From the NCBI GenBank assembly GCA_946565805.1, contig CAMNWO010000007.1, forward strand, positions 7,683-71,682: a stretch of 64,000 bases of DNA, read 5' to 3'. Positions 27,983 through 37,857 of the stretch are shown piece after piece (positions within the stretch are counted from its first letter, which is position 1; each line of letters begins with the position of its first letter). Below the pieces are notes generated by a model that was not told the origin of the DNA, made no database searches, and saw nothing but the letters and a program-made list of their open reading frames with translations. Position numbers and translations under genes: made by a program. The DNA comes from an uncultured Clostridium sp. (lineage in GTDB: Bacteria; Bacillota; Clostridia; TANB77; CAG-508).

Positions 27983-28675
27983 ATGAAAGAGATTGGAATT
28001 ATAGTTGCAATGGAAGAGGAGAGAGAAGCCATTGTTAATATTATGACAGACATAAAAGTAGAGCAAATTTATAATTTGAGATTTTTAAAAGGAAAAATTC
28101 AAGGGAAAAATTGTGTACTAGTAAAAAGTGGAATTGGCAAAGTAAATGCAGCAAGAACTACACAAGTAATGCTTCAAAATTTTGAGGTACAATATGTGAT
28201 TAACTTAGGAGCAGGCGGTTCTATTAACGGAATGCTGAATATAGGAGATGTGCTAATTGGTAAACAAGTAGTGCAACATGATTTTGATATTACAGCTTTT
28301 GGACACAGCAAAGGATATATTACAGGTGTAGGAGATTCCATTATATGTGATAGAGAACTAGTGAATGAGTTTGAACAAATGATACAATCTATACCAGAAA
28401 GAAACTATCAAATAAAGATAGGAGTGGTAGCAACTGGTGATATTTTTTGTACAGAAGCTTGGATGAAAGATAAAATTCGAGCAAAATTTAATGCCGATGT
28501 TGTGGATATGGAATGTGGAGCGATTGCACAAGTTTGTTATTTAGATAATGTACCATTTATGGTGATACGAGCAATTTCTGACACACCAAATGGGAAAAAT
28601 GCATCTACATTTGATGAAAATTTGAAATTAGCTTCTAAAAGATGTGCTAATTTGTTAAAAGAATTTTTGATATAA
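27983..28675 (+). CDS. mtnN: 5'-methylthioadenosine/S-adenosylhomocysteine nucleosidase
   Basis: 230 aa with IGIIVAMEEE, SGIGKVNAA, DMECGAIAQV and IRAISD patterns. Confidence 0.8.
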   Translation: MKEIGIIVAMEEEREAIVNIMTDIKVEQIYNLRFLKGKIQGKNCVLVKSGIGKVNAARTTQVMLQNFEVQYVINLGAGGSINGMLNIGDVLIGKQVVQHDFDITAFGHSKGYITGVGDSIICDRELVNEFEQMIQSIPERNYQIKIGVVATGDIFCTEAWMKDKIRAKFNADVVDMECGAIAQVCYLDNVPFMVIRAISDTPNGKNASTFDENLKLASKRCANLLKEFLI

Positions 28676-28805
28676 TAGTAAAAGGGACGGTTTTTTGACG
28701 TAATTTTTATTACTCCAAAGGATCGTCCCTTTTGGCAATTTTGAAAAGAGGGTATAATTTTTGAAAATAAGTACATAATCTAGGTAAAAGAAAGGAGAGA
28801 TTTTT

Positions 28806-29867
28806 GTGGATAGAAAAATTAAAGTAGTGCAATATGGAGCTGGCAAGATGAGTGTTTATACAATGAGATATGTATATGAAAAAGGAGGAGAAATAGTAGG
28901 CGCTATTGATGTTAACCCAGACGTGATAGGAAAAGACATTGGTGAGATTATGGGAACCGAAAACAAGAATGTAAAAGTTGTTTCTTTGGAAGAAGCGGAA
29001 AATATGATGAAGGAAACAAAGCCAGATATAGCAATTGTTACTACCATGAGTTTAATTCGTGATGTAGAAGATGCCTTAATGTTATGTGCTAAGTTAGGAG
29101 TAAATGCTATTACAACTTGTGAAGAAGCATTTTATCCAATGAATTCTAATCCAGAGGTAACAAAAAAGATAGATGAAATGGCAAAACAAACAGGTTGTAC
29201 AATAACAGGAAGTGGCTATCAAGATATTTATTGGGGGCAACTAATTTCCAGTATAGCAGGTTCAACACAAACGATTAAGAAAATAAAAGGAAGCTCTAGT
29301 TATAATGTAGAAGATTATGGAATTGCTTTAGCAAAAGCACATGGAGCTGGTTTATCCTTAGAAGAATTTGATAAACAAGTAGCGTCTGTTGATAGAATTT
29401 CGGATGAAGAAAGACAAAATTTAATTAACAAAGGAGAATATCTGCCATCTTATATGTGGAATGTAAATGGATGGTTATGTGCTAAATTAGGATTAACAGT
29501 AAAAAGTCAAACACAAAAAACAGTACCACAAACTCATACAGAGGATATTGCCTCTTCGACTTTAGGAATGACAGTAAAAGCGGGAATGGCAACTGGAATG
29601 AGTGCAGTGGTAACCACTGAGACAGAAGAAGGAATCACGATTGAGAGTGAATGTATTGGAAAAGTATATTCAAAAGAAGATTTTGATAAAAATGAATGGA
29701 CAGTAATAGGGGAGCCAGAAACAACCTTAGTTATTAATCGACCAGCAACTGTAGAATTAACCTGTGCATCTGTTGTAAATAGAATACCAGATGTCATTTC
29801 TGCAAAAGCAGGTTATGTACCAACAGAAGAAATAGGGGAATTAACTTATAAAATAAAATTATCTTAA
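28806..29867 (+). CDS. NAD(P)-binding oxidoreductase (DapB-N / 2,4-diaminopentanoate dehydrogenase-like)
   Basis: KIKVVQYGAGKMS Rossmann start. 353 aa. The family assignment is tentative. Confidence 0.45.
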   Translation: MDRKIKVVQYGAGKMSVYTMRYVYEKGGEIVGAIDVNPDVIGKDIGEIMGTENKNVKVVSLEEAENMMKETKPDIAIVTTMSLIRDVEDALMLCAKLGVNAITTCEEAFYPMNSNPEVTKKIDEMAKQTGCTITGSGYQDIYWGQLISSIAGSTQTIKKIKGSSSYNVEDYGIALAKAHGAGLSLEEFDKQVASVDRISDEERQNLINKGEYLPSYMWNVNGWLCAKLGLTVKSQTQKTVPQTHTEDIASSTLGMTVKAGMATGMSAVVTTETEEGITIESECIGKVYSKEDFDKNEWTVIGEPETTLVINRPATVELTCASVVNRIPDVISAKAGYVPTEEIGELTYKIKLS

Positions 29868-29983
29868 AAAAATCCCTAATAATTTTCCTGTTTCTAAGTT
29901 TAAAATGTAAAAGAACTTGATTTTTCAAGTTCTTTTATGTTATAATTAGTATGTATTAGAAAAGAGTATCTTTGAGGTGAAAT

Positions 29984-30358
29984 ATGGAAGAAGAAAAAGA
30001 TATAAAAAATGAGAATATAGAGATGGAAAAAGTGAGTTTTTCAGATGTTGGAAAAGCTCTTTTAGCACCAGAACAAAGGGAAGACCAGAAAGAAGAAATT
30101 GCACGATATGATATACCACTAGATGTCAAAAAACAATTATTAGAGGCAATAAAAAAAGCAGATGACATTATAAAGCCAACAAATGGTGGATATGCTCGTA
30201 AAACTAAAAATATAAAAATATCAGCTGAAGAAGGAAAGAATTATTTAAAAGAAAATCCTGTTAAAGTTGAAATTGATGAAAGAACAGGAGAAGTACTTAA
30301 AAAGAAGAGTAGAAAAGTATTACCAGTTAGAGGAGAAGACGAGGAATTGTCAAAATAA
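29984..30358 (+). CDS. Hypothetical Lys/Glu-rich protein
   Basis: 124-aa ORF with GAGGTG RBS, followed by a hairpin. Confidence 0.4.
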   Translation: MEEEKDIKNENIEMEKVSFSDVGKALLAPEQREDQKEEIARYDIPLDVKKQLLEAIKKADDIIKPTNGGYARKTKNIKISAEEGKNYLKENPVKVEIDERTGEVLKKKSRKVLPVRGEDEELSK

Positions 30359-30399
30359 TAAAAAAAGTGCAAGAAATTTAATTTTCTTGTATTTTTGTC

Positions 30400-30428
30400 T
30401 TGACAAATGGTAAAACTACCTTTATAAT
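30400..30428 (+). promoter_or_regulatory. Sigma-A type promoter of the tRNA gene
   Basis: TTGACA (30400-30405), 17-nt spacer, TATAAT (30423-30428), about 20 nt upstream of the tRNA. Confidence 0.6.
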
Positions 30429-30448
30429 AGATAACGTTACAAGAATAT

Positions 30449-30525
30449 GGCGAAGTAGCTCAGTTGGCTAGAGCATTCGGTTCATACCCGAAGGGTCATG
30501 TGTTCGAATCACATCTTCGCTACCA
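30449..30525 (+). tRNA. tRNA-Met (anticodon CAT) with encoded CCA
   Basis: Cloverleaf GGCGAAG/TA/GCTC-AGTTGGCTA-GAGC/A/TTCGG-TTCATAC-CCGAA/GGGTC/ATGTG-TTCGAAT-CACAT/CTTCGCT-A-CCA. An Ile2 (lysidine) identity cannot be excluded. Confidence 0.85.
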
Positions 30526-30536
30526 ATTTTTTAGTC

Positions 30537-32103
30537 TCACAATCTCCGTAAGTCAAAATACACAATGGCTTCGGTGGTCGTGAGTTCTATTTTTATTATC
30601 CATTTTTGTATTAATTTTTTCAATTCTTTTTGAGAACGCAAATTTAAGCTAGAAATATCCATTTTTAAAGCTTTTCTAACTTTTTCAGGTGTTATAAAAT
30701 CATTTTCTACAAATTTTCTTTTTTCTTCAATTTCTTCATTTAAATATTCTTGTTTTTCTTCAATTTCTTTTAAACGGTCAGAAACCTTTTTGGTTCCAAG
30801 ACCTTTGCAACACATGTCTAATAATTTATCTGCTTCTTTTTCTAAATTATCTACTGTTTTTTGCATTAATTTAATATCTTCAGCAAATAATTCTTGTCCT
30901 TCTTTATATTCTTTATTTACATTATTTACGATTGTTTCTATCGTAGCATTGTCAAGTAATTGTTTTGTTAATAACGATACAACTTTTTCTTCAATAAGCT
31001 CTTTTTTTATCATTCTTGCATTGCATTTTCCGATTTTTGTGTTTGAAGCGCACCTGTAGTATTGATTTTTATATATTTTCCCATTTCTCTTTTTAGTGGT
31101 TTGAGTTGTTCCAGTATATGTAGAACCACATTCTCCACATTTTATTAGCCCTGTTAGTAAATAAAAATTTTTACTTGCAGTGCTTTCTTTTTTTTCTTTT
31201 TTACCATTCACAGCCTCAAAAACCTCCTTGCTTATTATTGCTGGTATAGCTCCCTCGTGCTTTACCATATTTTCGTTTATGTTTCTATGGTCTTCTTTTG
31301 TTCCTTTTCCATAAATGTAGTTGCCTATGTATTTTTCGTTTTTCAGCAAATCGTAAAGTGAGTTCTTTTTAAATTCAGTTCCTCTTTTTGTTTTATATCC
31401 CAATTTATTTAATTCTAGTGAGATATCTATTAAAGAGTAACCTTTTATTTTCATATCAAATATTTTTCTTACTGCTTCAGCTTCTTTTTCGTTTATTACA
31501 TATTTTTGATTTACAATATCATATCCGAAGCGGAGGTATGCCACCATTAAATTTGCTTTCTTTAGCATTACTTTTTAAAGCTCTTTGTACGTTTGAAGCT
31601 AAGTTCTCAGAATAGTATTGGTCCATTCCTGCTAATAAAGTAGACATTAACTTTCCTTCTGGACTATCATCATTTGCAATTGGTTGCGTTATAGATATTA
31701 ATTTTTTACCTACTGCTTCTAGTTTAGCTCTATAAAATAAATTATCCATAGCTTTTCTGGCAAATCTATCAGTTTTCCAAACTAAAATACCTTTTATAAT
31801 TTTTGATTTAAGACAATCAGTAATGCTATGTTGAAAGTCTTCTCTAGTATCTTTTTTTCCGCTTTTTGCTTCGTCTTTATAGAATCTTACAATTAAAATA
31901 TTGTTTTTACTTGCATATTCCAATTGCTCACCTTCTTGCTGTTGAATTGATTTTTCGTCTTGCAAATTGCTTGAAAACCTTGAATAAGCCAAATAAAAAG
32001 AAATAGCATCCAAATTGATACTGTATTTTTTTATAAAAGCTAATAATTCCTTATCATTTTCAATATTTTGTTCTGTTAATTTTTGTTGTAAATCTTCTAA
32101 CAT
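30537..32103 (-). CDS. Large serine recombinase (integrase). Frame is broken at an in-frame CGG (minus-strand C at 31527), with a possible second site at 30548.
   Basis: Resolvase-type N-domain (YLAYSRFSS...), recombinase domain, Zn ribbon (CGECGSTYTG...YYRC) and coiled coil. Pieces 31519-32103 and 30537-31568 join as KFNGGIPPL|GYDIVNQKY. Confidence 0.8.
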
Positions 32104-32520
32104 ATAAAACCATACTTTCCTTCATAAAATTTTATTGCATTTTGCATGTATTCGATTGTAACTTCAAAATAATCTGCTAGACTATAAATATTATTAACAC
32201 CGATTTAAAATGGCTGATTTTAAATTCTCAAAAGGAATAAGAGCATAATAACTCCACTTTCTCGCTCTGTATTCTTGCTTATTGTAAATAATTTTATCAA
32301 CATTAGCATAATTGTAAGTTGCGTCCATGTAGTAATGTCCTAACTCCTCAGACAGTATACATTTTTCTTCTTTACTGTTATCGATGTTTTTGTAATTTAA
32401 TGCAATAGTGTTTAATTTATCATAATTAACATACATTCCATTTATATCTTCATCAAAATAGAAATCATATATTTTAACATCCTCTTTTTCAGCTAAATCA
32501 TATAATTTTTCTAAATTCAT
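32097..32520 (-). CDS. ImmA/IrrE-family metallopeptidase. Frame is broken at an in-frame CGG (minus-strand C at 32202).
   Basis: HExxH-type SEELGHYYMD motif. Skipping the C adds about 34 aa (GVNNIYSLADYFEVTIEYMQNAIKFYEGKYGFIC), ending at a stop that overlaps the integrase ATG (ATGTTAG). ORF-track piece is 32194-32520. Confidence 0.7.
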
Positions 32521-32578
32521 TTTTAAATCTCCTTATGTACTTTTTTATTCTTTTGTAGTATAATATTAACATAGGTAG

Positions 32579-32788
32579 GTGATACGAATGATAATAATAT
32601 TATATATTTTATTTACTTTGATTTGTTGTTTTGCGACATACAAATTTGCTTGCTATCAGTTTATAAAAGTAGACAAGACTAATAGTAAGGGGTTTGATAT
32701 GCACCAAGAATATATTTGTAAAGCTCTAGATGAAATAGCCCAAATTAAAACCGAAGTTATAAAAATCAAGAAAGACATATATCAATAA
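32579..32788 (+). CDS. Small membrane protein (hypothetical)
   Basis: 69-aa ORF with one N-terminal TM helix. It is the only plus-strand gene inside the lysogeny block. Confidence 0.35.
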   Translation: MIRMIIILYILFTLICCFATYKFACYQFIKVDKTNSKGFDMHQEYICKALDEIAQIKTEVIKIKKDIYQ

Positions 32789-33570
32789 AGTTTTTTCCTA
32801 AATCGGTAAGAGCAACCATCCCGTTTTTTATAATCAATTTTTTGTTCAGAGTTATTTAAGTGATATATATTTTTGGTAGAATCAAATAAAAACTCATAAG
32901 CTTTTAAATAATCTGGATAATAAACTTCATAAGAGTTCTTTATTAAATTCAAATATAATAGGTTATCTATAACTAATGGATCAAGTTCTCCTATTATTGA
33001 ATTTTTGCCATTGCTTAATTCATCAAAATCATATATTATAAATTTTTTTAGATGCTTTTCCCCAGCTTTGTTTTCTGTTTTTAGTAACAGTTCAATAGAA
33101 GGAAAGGAATTATTATTATTAGCTAAAAGCTTTAAAAATTCCGCATCTTCTTTGTTTAATTGTTTGACCATTTCAACATAAGCGGGCTTTACTCTTGACT
33201 TTTTCCTACTATCCATATCAGAAATTAAAATGTTAATAAAGGCATTTCTTAGGTGTTCTTCATCTAGACAGTAATTTAAATTATTTACAGTCTGTAATGC
33301 TATATAAGAGGAAGGCTCGACACGATTTTCTTCTGGTATTTGTTTGTACTTAGATTTCATTTTTTGCATAGCTTTTTCTAATTTATATGGTTTTTCTGCA
33401 ATGTATGTATCTATTTTTATTGCAATAGGTGTAGAATTTAATAATGCGAAGAATTTGTTTATCCCGCCAGCAGTATTTTTATCTAAAGCAGTTCTGCTTT
33501 CTTTTGTACTATCTTCTATAATTTCTAATCCTTTGTTTATTGTATCTGATTTTATATCTAAATCTGGCAT
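32766..33570 (-). CDS. Abi-alpha (DUF4393) abortive-infection-like protein. Frame is broken at an in-frame CGG (minus-strand C at 32823).
   Basis: HLRNAFINILISDMDSRKKSRVKPAYVEMVKQLNKEDAEFLKLL matches the Abi_alpha core pattern. The +1 continuation gives IDYKK|GMVALTDLGKNFIDICLS*. Confidence 0.65.
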
Positions 33571-33944
33571 TATTTATCTTCTTTCTTTTTTAAATTATCT
33601 TTTAATACAAACCTAGCAAATTCCTCGATTTTTTCTTGTTGCTCTCGAGTTGGTGGATTATAGTCTTTTTTGCTTAGACCAATATCTAATAATTCTTTAT
33701 TGATATTATCATAATTTTTTATATTTGTTTTACACATTAAATAATCTAAACTACAACTAAAAATTTCACACATTTTAAATTTTACTTCATCACTTGGTAA
33801 ATTGGATCCATTTTCATAATTAGCAATACTACTTTTTCCTTTTACAAAAGCTATTTTAGAGGCTAATTCTTCTTGCGTTAACCCCAATTCCAATCTAAGT
33901 TTTTTTATTCTTTTTCCAATCAACTTTATATCTTCTTCATTCAT
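33570..33944 (-). CDS. XRE-family repressor (cI-like)
   Basis: HTH LGLTQEELASKIAFVKGKSSIANYENG. Divergent from the cro-like gene. Confidence 0.8.
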   Translation of the reverse strand: MNEEDIKLIGKRIKKLRLELGLTQEELASKIAFVKGKSSIANYENGSNLPSDEVKFKMCEIFSCSLDYLMCKTNIKNYDNINKELLDIGLSKKDYNPPTREQQEKIEEFARFVLKDNLKKKEDK

Positions 33945-34074
33945 AATTCATTATCTCCGTTCAAAATTTATAAACATTATATCATGATGTTCAATAAAAG
34001 TAAACACTTTAAAAGTTTTTTTCTTACAGCCGACAAGAAAGTACAGATTTTTAAAACTTTTTATTAAAAAACGC

Positions 34075-34103
34075 TTGACAAGTTCAAATATTCTGTATAT
34101 AAT
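34075..34103 (+). promoter_or_regulatory. Early rightward promoter (cro side)
   Basis: TTGACA, 17-nt spacer, TATAAT, in the cI/cro intergenic region. Confidence 0.6.
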
Positions 34104-34138
34104 CAGTACAACAAAACTGAACAGAGAGGGGGATATAG

Positions 34139-34366
34139 ATGGGGAACAGATATAGCAAGTATGTAAATACAGACATATTGAAAGAAGCAAGAGAAATTAA
34201 AGGATTTTCGTATCGAGACATGTCGAAACTTATGGGATTTAAAAGTCCAGCAACTTATTATAATATCGAAAATGGATTAGTGGAACCTAAGATATCACAT
34301 ATTAATAACATATCAAAAATTTTAAAAACGCCAAGTTCAAAATTTTTTAACTTCAAAGTACAGTAA
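34139..34366 (+). CDS. XRE-family HTH protein (Cro-like)
   Basis: FSYRDMSKLMGFKSPATYYNIENG helix-turn-helix. 75 aa. Confidence 0.7.
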   Translation: MGNRYSKYVNTDILKEAREIKGFSYRDMSKLMGFKSPATYYNIENGLVEPKISHINNISKILKTPSSKFFNFKVQ

Positions 34367-34468
34367 AAATAAACCAACAAGGAGGACTTCGAATGCAAGA
34401 ATTTATTAATGATTTTTGTTACACATTAGCAAGAATAATAGAAATTGAAGAGGAAGAAGGTGAAACAA

Positions 34469-34589
34469 ATGAAAAAAACTAAAAAGAAACTAAAAACAAT
34501 ATTAGCAAATATGCTGTTATACATAATTTGTTGGCGGAATGTGGACAAGTATGTTAGTGTTTGGATTTTTACAAAATACAATTTATTAG
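34469..34589 (+). CDS. Small membrane protein (39 aa) if the in-frame CGG (C at 34535) is shifted
   Basis: MKKTKKKLKTILANMLLYIICW|GMWTSMLVFGFLQNTIY*. Supersedes ORF-track 34445-34627. Confidence 0.35.
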
Positions 34590-34601
34590 GAGGGGATAGA
34601 C

Positions 34602-34778
34602 ATGGCAAGACCAAGAGGAACAGATAAAGCAGAAGTAATATAAGTTATAAAAACTACATCTATATTGGGAAATGGAACAAAAGAAGACCCAGTAAGAAAT
34701 ATATATCAATACTGGGATTTTAAGGGAAATATGTTAGCTAAAAACGACACGTTGATTACTGGAGATTTGCAGGAATGA
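34602..34778 (+). CDS. Small phage ORF interrupted by an in-frame TAA (34641-34643)
   Basis: AGGAGG RBS. MARPRGTDKAEVI*VIKTTSILGNGTKEDPVRNIYQYWDFKGNMLAKNDTLITGDLQE. No canonical start lies downstream of the TAA. Confidence 0.3.
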
Positions 34779-34859
34779 TAGGCACCATCAACAATAATTT
34801 AGTTTCGATTGGCGATATTATAACACAAACAAAAACAAAATGAAAGGAGATGAAAAGAG

Positions 34860-35144
34860 ATGTTTAACAGAAAAAACAAAGAATTACAAGCACTAGTAAA
34901 TTCTAGTAGAAAAGCATTAAAAGAAGCAGAAAGTAAAATACAAAATAGAAATATGTTTATAACAGATAAAGAAAAACAAGTAGAAATTTTAAAACAAACA
35001 AATAGAAATTTGAAATTAAAACTAGAAGAAAAAGAAATATTGATAAGTAGAATTAAGATGCTTGCAACTTCTAATAAATACGGAAATGAAAAATTAATAC
35101 TAGACAAAATAATAGAACTAGTTAGACCGCTAAATCAAAACTAG
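34860..35144 (+). CDS. Hypothetical coiled-coil protein
   Basis: 94-aa ORF with AGGAGA RBS. Confidence 0.45.
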   Translation: MFNRKNKELQALVNSSRKALKEAESKIQNRNMFITDKEKQVEILKQTNRNLKLKLEEKEILISRIKMLATSNKYGNEKLILDKIIELVRPLNQN

Positions 35145-35313
35145 TTCACAAAAAATCTTATATAAATACATGATTTCTCCAATATTATAGCAAATATTTT
35201 AAGAGAAATCAAGGAAGGAATTGGAAATGAATTTAGGAATAGTAAGAAAAATTGTGGATTAAAGTTTACAGATATAAAAATGTACACAAAAAACATGAAA
35301 GAAGACTAAAAAA

Positions 35314-35753
35314 ATGATAGTTAAAGATTTGAGTAATAGTTTTAATCCATATCCAAAGAATCGGTCAAAAAATTGAAATAAAAACACAAGAAGATCATGC
35401 AATAAAAAGTACGAAAAATAAACGGAAAAAATAAAAAGAAAACAGATAAAAAAGAATTAAAGACAGACTTTTGTATTATGCCGAAAAGCACAAAATACAG
35501 TACAGTACGAACTAAAAAATACAACGAAAGACATGAAGTATTTTTTTCTAGAGCGTATAGAAACAAGAGTATAAAAGACGGTTTAATAGTATTTTTAACA
35601 GAAGAAGACCATCGAGGAACAAACGGGGTTCACGGGAAAAATGGAGACAAATTAAATAGATTTTTAAAAAGAACAGCGCAAAAAGTATGGATGAGCTATT
35701 ACGGAAAAGCAAAAGAAGATTTTATTGAAAGATATGGAAAAGCAAACAACTAA
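35314..35753 (+). CDS. NinG/DUF968-like phage protein. Frame is broken at two in-frame CGG codons (C at 35362 and 35423).
   Basis: MIVKDLSNSFNPYPKN|GQKIEIKTQEDHAIKSTKNK|GKNKKKTDKKELKTDFCIMPKS...ERHEVFF...NRKSIKDGLIVFLTEEDHRGTNGVHGKNG...FIERYGKANN. ORF track shows only 35478-35753. Confidence 0.55.
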
Positions 35754-35801
35754 GGCTAGACAGAAAAATCTAGCCTTATATTTTACACTAGGAGGAACAA
35801 G

Positions 35802-36602
35802 ATGTCAAAATACGAAAAAGATAAAAAATTTTATTGGTTACAGTTAAAAGAAGACTTTTTTGATGAAGATGCAATTACTTGGTTGGAAGAACAAGAAAAT
35901 GGAGAAAAATACTCCCTTTTTTACCTAAAATTGTGTTTAAAATCTTTAAAAACAAAAGGAATTTTAATTAGAAAAGTAGGAGATTTATTAGTACCTTACG
36001 ACAAAAATAGGTTATCAGAAATAACAAGGACTGATGTAGACACAGTAGTAGTTGCCATGGAATTATTACAAAAAATTGGATTAGTTAAAATTTTAGAAAA
36101 TGGAGAAATCTATTGTACTCAAGTAGAAAATATGATTGGCGAAAAAAGCATAGGAGCCTTTAAAAAACAACAACAGAGACTTTTGACAAAAGGCAGACAA
36201 AAGGCAGACAAGTGTCCACCAGAGATAGAACTAGATATAGAAATAGAACAAGAACTAGAAAGAGAGATGCAAAAGGTTGTTGATGTTTATGAAGAAAATA
36301 TTGGTCTTTTGGGGACAAATAATTATTTAATACTAAAAGATTATATGAAAGATGGTTTCTCGGCAGAAATGATCATTTATGCAATAAATCTAGCATTAAA
36401 ACAAAATAAGAGAAATTTAGCATATATAGAAGGAATAATGAAGAATTGGAGGCTAAACAATATAAAGACAATAGGAGATGCAAAACAAGAGAACGAGAAT
36501 CGTCACAACAAAGAAGCTAAGAAAGAAGAAAAAATAGAATATGAAGAAATAGAATACGAGAACGAAGAAGACTATAAGAAAAAAATACTAGAGAAAGGAT
36601 AA
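35802..36602 (+). CDS. Phage replisome organizer / DnaD-like replication protein
   Basis: N-terminus KKFYWLQLKEDFFDEDAITWLEEQENGEKYSLFYLKLCL is typical of the replisome-organizer N-domain. DnaD-like C-domain (YEENIGLL...IEGIMKNW). Confidence 0.6.
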   Translation: MSKYEKDKKFYWLQLKEDFFDEDAITWLEEQENGEKYSLFYLKLCLKSLKTKGILIRKVGDLLVPYDKNRLSEITRTDVDTVVVAMELLQKIGLVKILENGEIYCTQVENMIGEKSIGAFKKQQQRLLTKGRQKADKCPPEIELDIEIEQELEREMQKVVDVYEENIGLLGTNNYLILKDYMKDGFSAEMIIYAINLALKQNKRNLAYIEGIMKNWRLNNIKTIGDAKQENENRHNKEAKKEEKIEYEEIEYENEEDYKKKILEKG

Positions 36603-36606
36603 CGAA

Positions 36607-37854
36607 ATGTACGATGAAGATATAGAAAAAACAGTATTATATTACATAATATTTGAAAACGAGCCAATAAACGTTAATGAAGAAGATTTTTTCTTAATAA
36701 AACACAAACAAATAATAAAAGCAATCGAAATGTTAAAAACAAAAAAAGAAGAAGTAAATATTATAAGTATTAAGAATGCGATAAAAGGGAAAGATAGCGA
36801 AATTTTAAATTATATAAGTATTGTAGCTGATAGCAAATATGGAACATCAGTAGAATACGCATATAGAGAATTAAAAAGATTAAGCAAAAAAAGAAATCTA
36901 ATAAAATTAAGCAAAGAAATGCAAGAAAACATTAAAACAGAACTAGAACCAGAAATTTATATTGAAAAAATAATAAAAGAACTAAACACAATAAATCAAG
37001 AAGGAGAAAAAGAAAAGACCTTTTTAGATATAGTTTGTGAAACATCTGATTTAATCGAAAAAAAAAGAATCCAAGGAAGCAAATACGATTATAAATATTT
37101 TACAGGAATTTTTGATCTAGACAAAGTAACAAACGGACTACATGAAGAAGAATTAACAATAGTGGGAGCTAGACCTGGAGTGGGAAAAACAACTTTTGCA
37201 TTGCAAATAGCACACAAAATAGCAGACAAAGGAATTGCGGTAGGAATTATAAGCTTGGAAATGTCAGAAACACAAGTTGTTCAAAAATTAATTTCCAAAG
37301 TGGCACATGTAGATAGTAACAAATTAAGAACAGGAAATATAGATATTACAGAACAAGAAAAAATAGCAATTGCAGAAGGACAAATATCCGACTTACCACT
37401 TTTTATAAATACAAGACTAAGAAACATACAAGAAATAGAAATTTATGCTAGAAAACTAAAAAATAAAAACAATTTAGGATTATTAATAATTGATTATATA
37501 CAACTAGTAAAAAGTAAAAATAAATTCAACAGCAGAGAACAAGAAGTTGCTGAAATATCAAGAACATTAAAATTACTTAGCTTAGAATTAAAAATACCGA
37601 TAATAGGACTTTGTCAATTAAATAGAAACGCAGCTAGAAGCGAACCAACTCTAGCGGACTTGAGAGAAAGTGGAGCAATAGAACAAGATGCAGACAATGT
37701 AATTTTTATATACAAAGAAAATGAAAACAGTGAAGAAGAACTTGTAGAAAATGTAGTAATTGACTTACAAAAACAAAGAGCAGGAGGATTAACAAAAGTA
37801 GTAGTTAGGTTTGATAAAAAAGTAAGTGAGTTTAAAAATTTAGTCAGGAGGTAA
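36607..37854 (+). CDS. Replicative DNA helicase (DnaB-like)
   Basis: Walker A GARPGVGKTT, Walker B LLIIDYIQL and RESGAIEQDAD motifs. Confidence 0.85.
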   Translation: MYDEDIEKTVLYYIIFENEPINVNEEDFFLIKHKQIIKAIEMLKTKKEEVNIISIKNAIKGKDSEILNYISIVADSKYGTSVEYAYRELKRLSKKRNLIKLSKEMQENIKTELEPEIYIEKIIKELNTINQEGEKEKTFLDIVCETSDLIEKKRIQGSKYDYKYFTGIFDLDKVTNGLHEEELTIVGARPGVGKTTFALQIAHKIADKGIAVGIISLEMSETQVVQKLISKVAHVDSNKLRTGNIDITEQEKIAIAEGQISDLPLFINTRLRNIQEIEIYARKLKNKNNLGLLIIDYIQLVKSKNKFNSREQEVAEISRTLKLLSLELKIPIIGLCQLNRNAARSEPTLADLRESGAIEQDADNVIFIYKENENSEEELVENVVIDLQKQRAGGLTKVVVRFDKKVSEFKNLVRR

Positions 37855-37857
37855 CAT

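Noticed and set aside
34445-34627. A 60-aa ORF (MKRKKVKQMKKTKKKL...)
   Set aside because: It has a low-complexity basic sequence. The alternative frame has an RBS-preceded start (34469) and yields a plausible small TM protein, and the next RBS and ATG fall at 34602.
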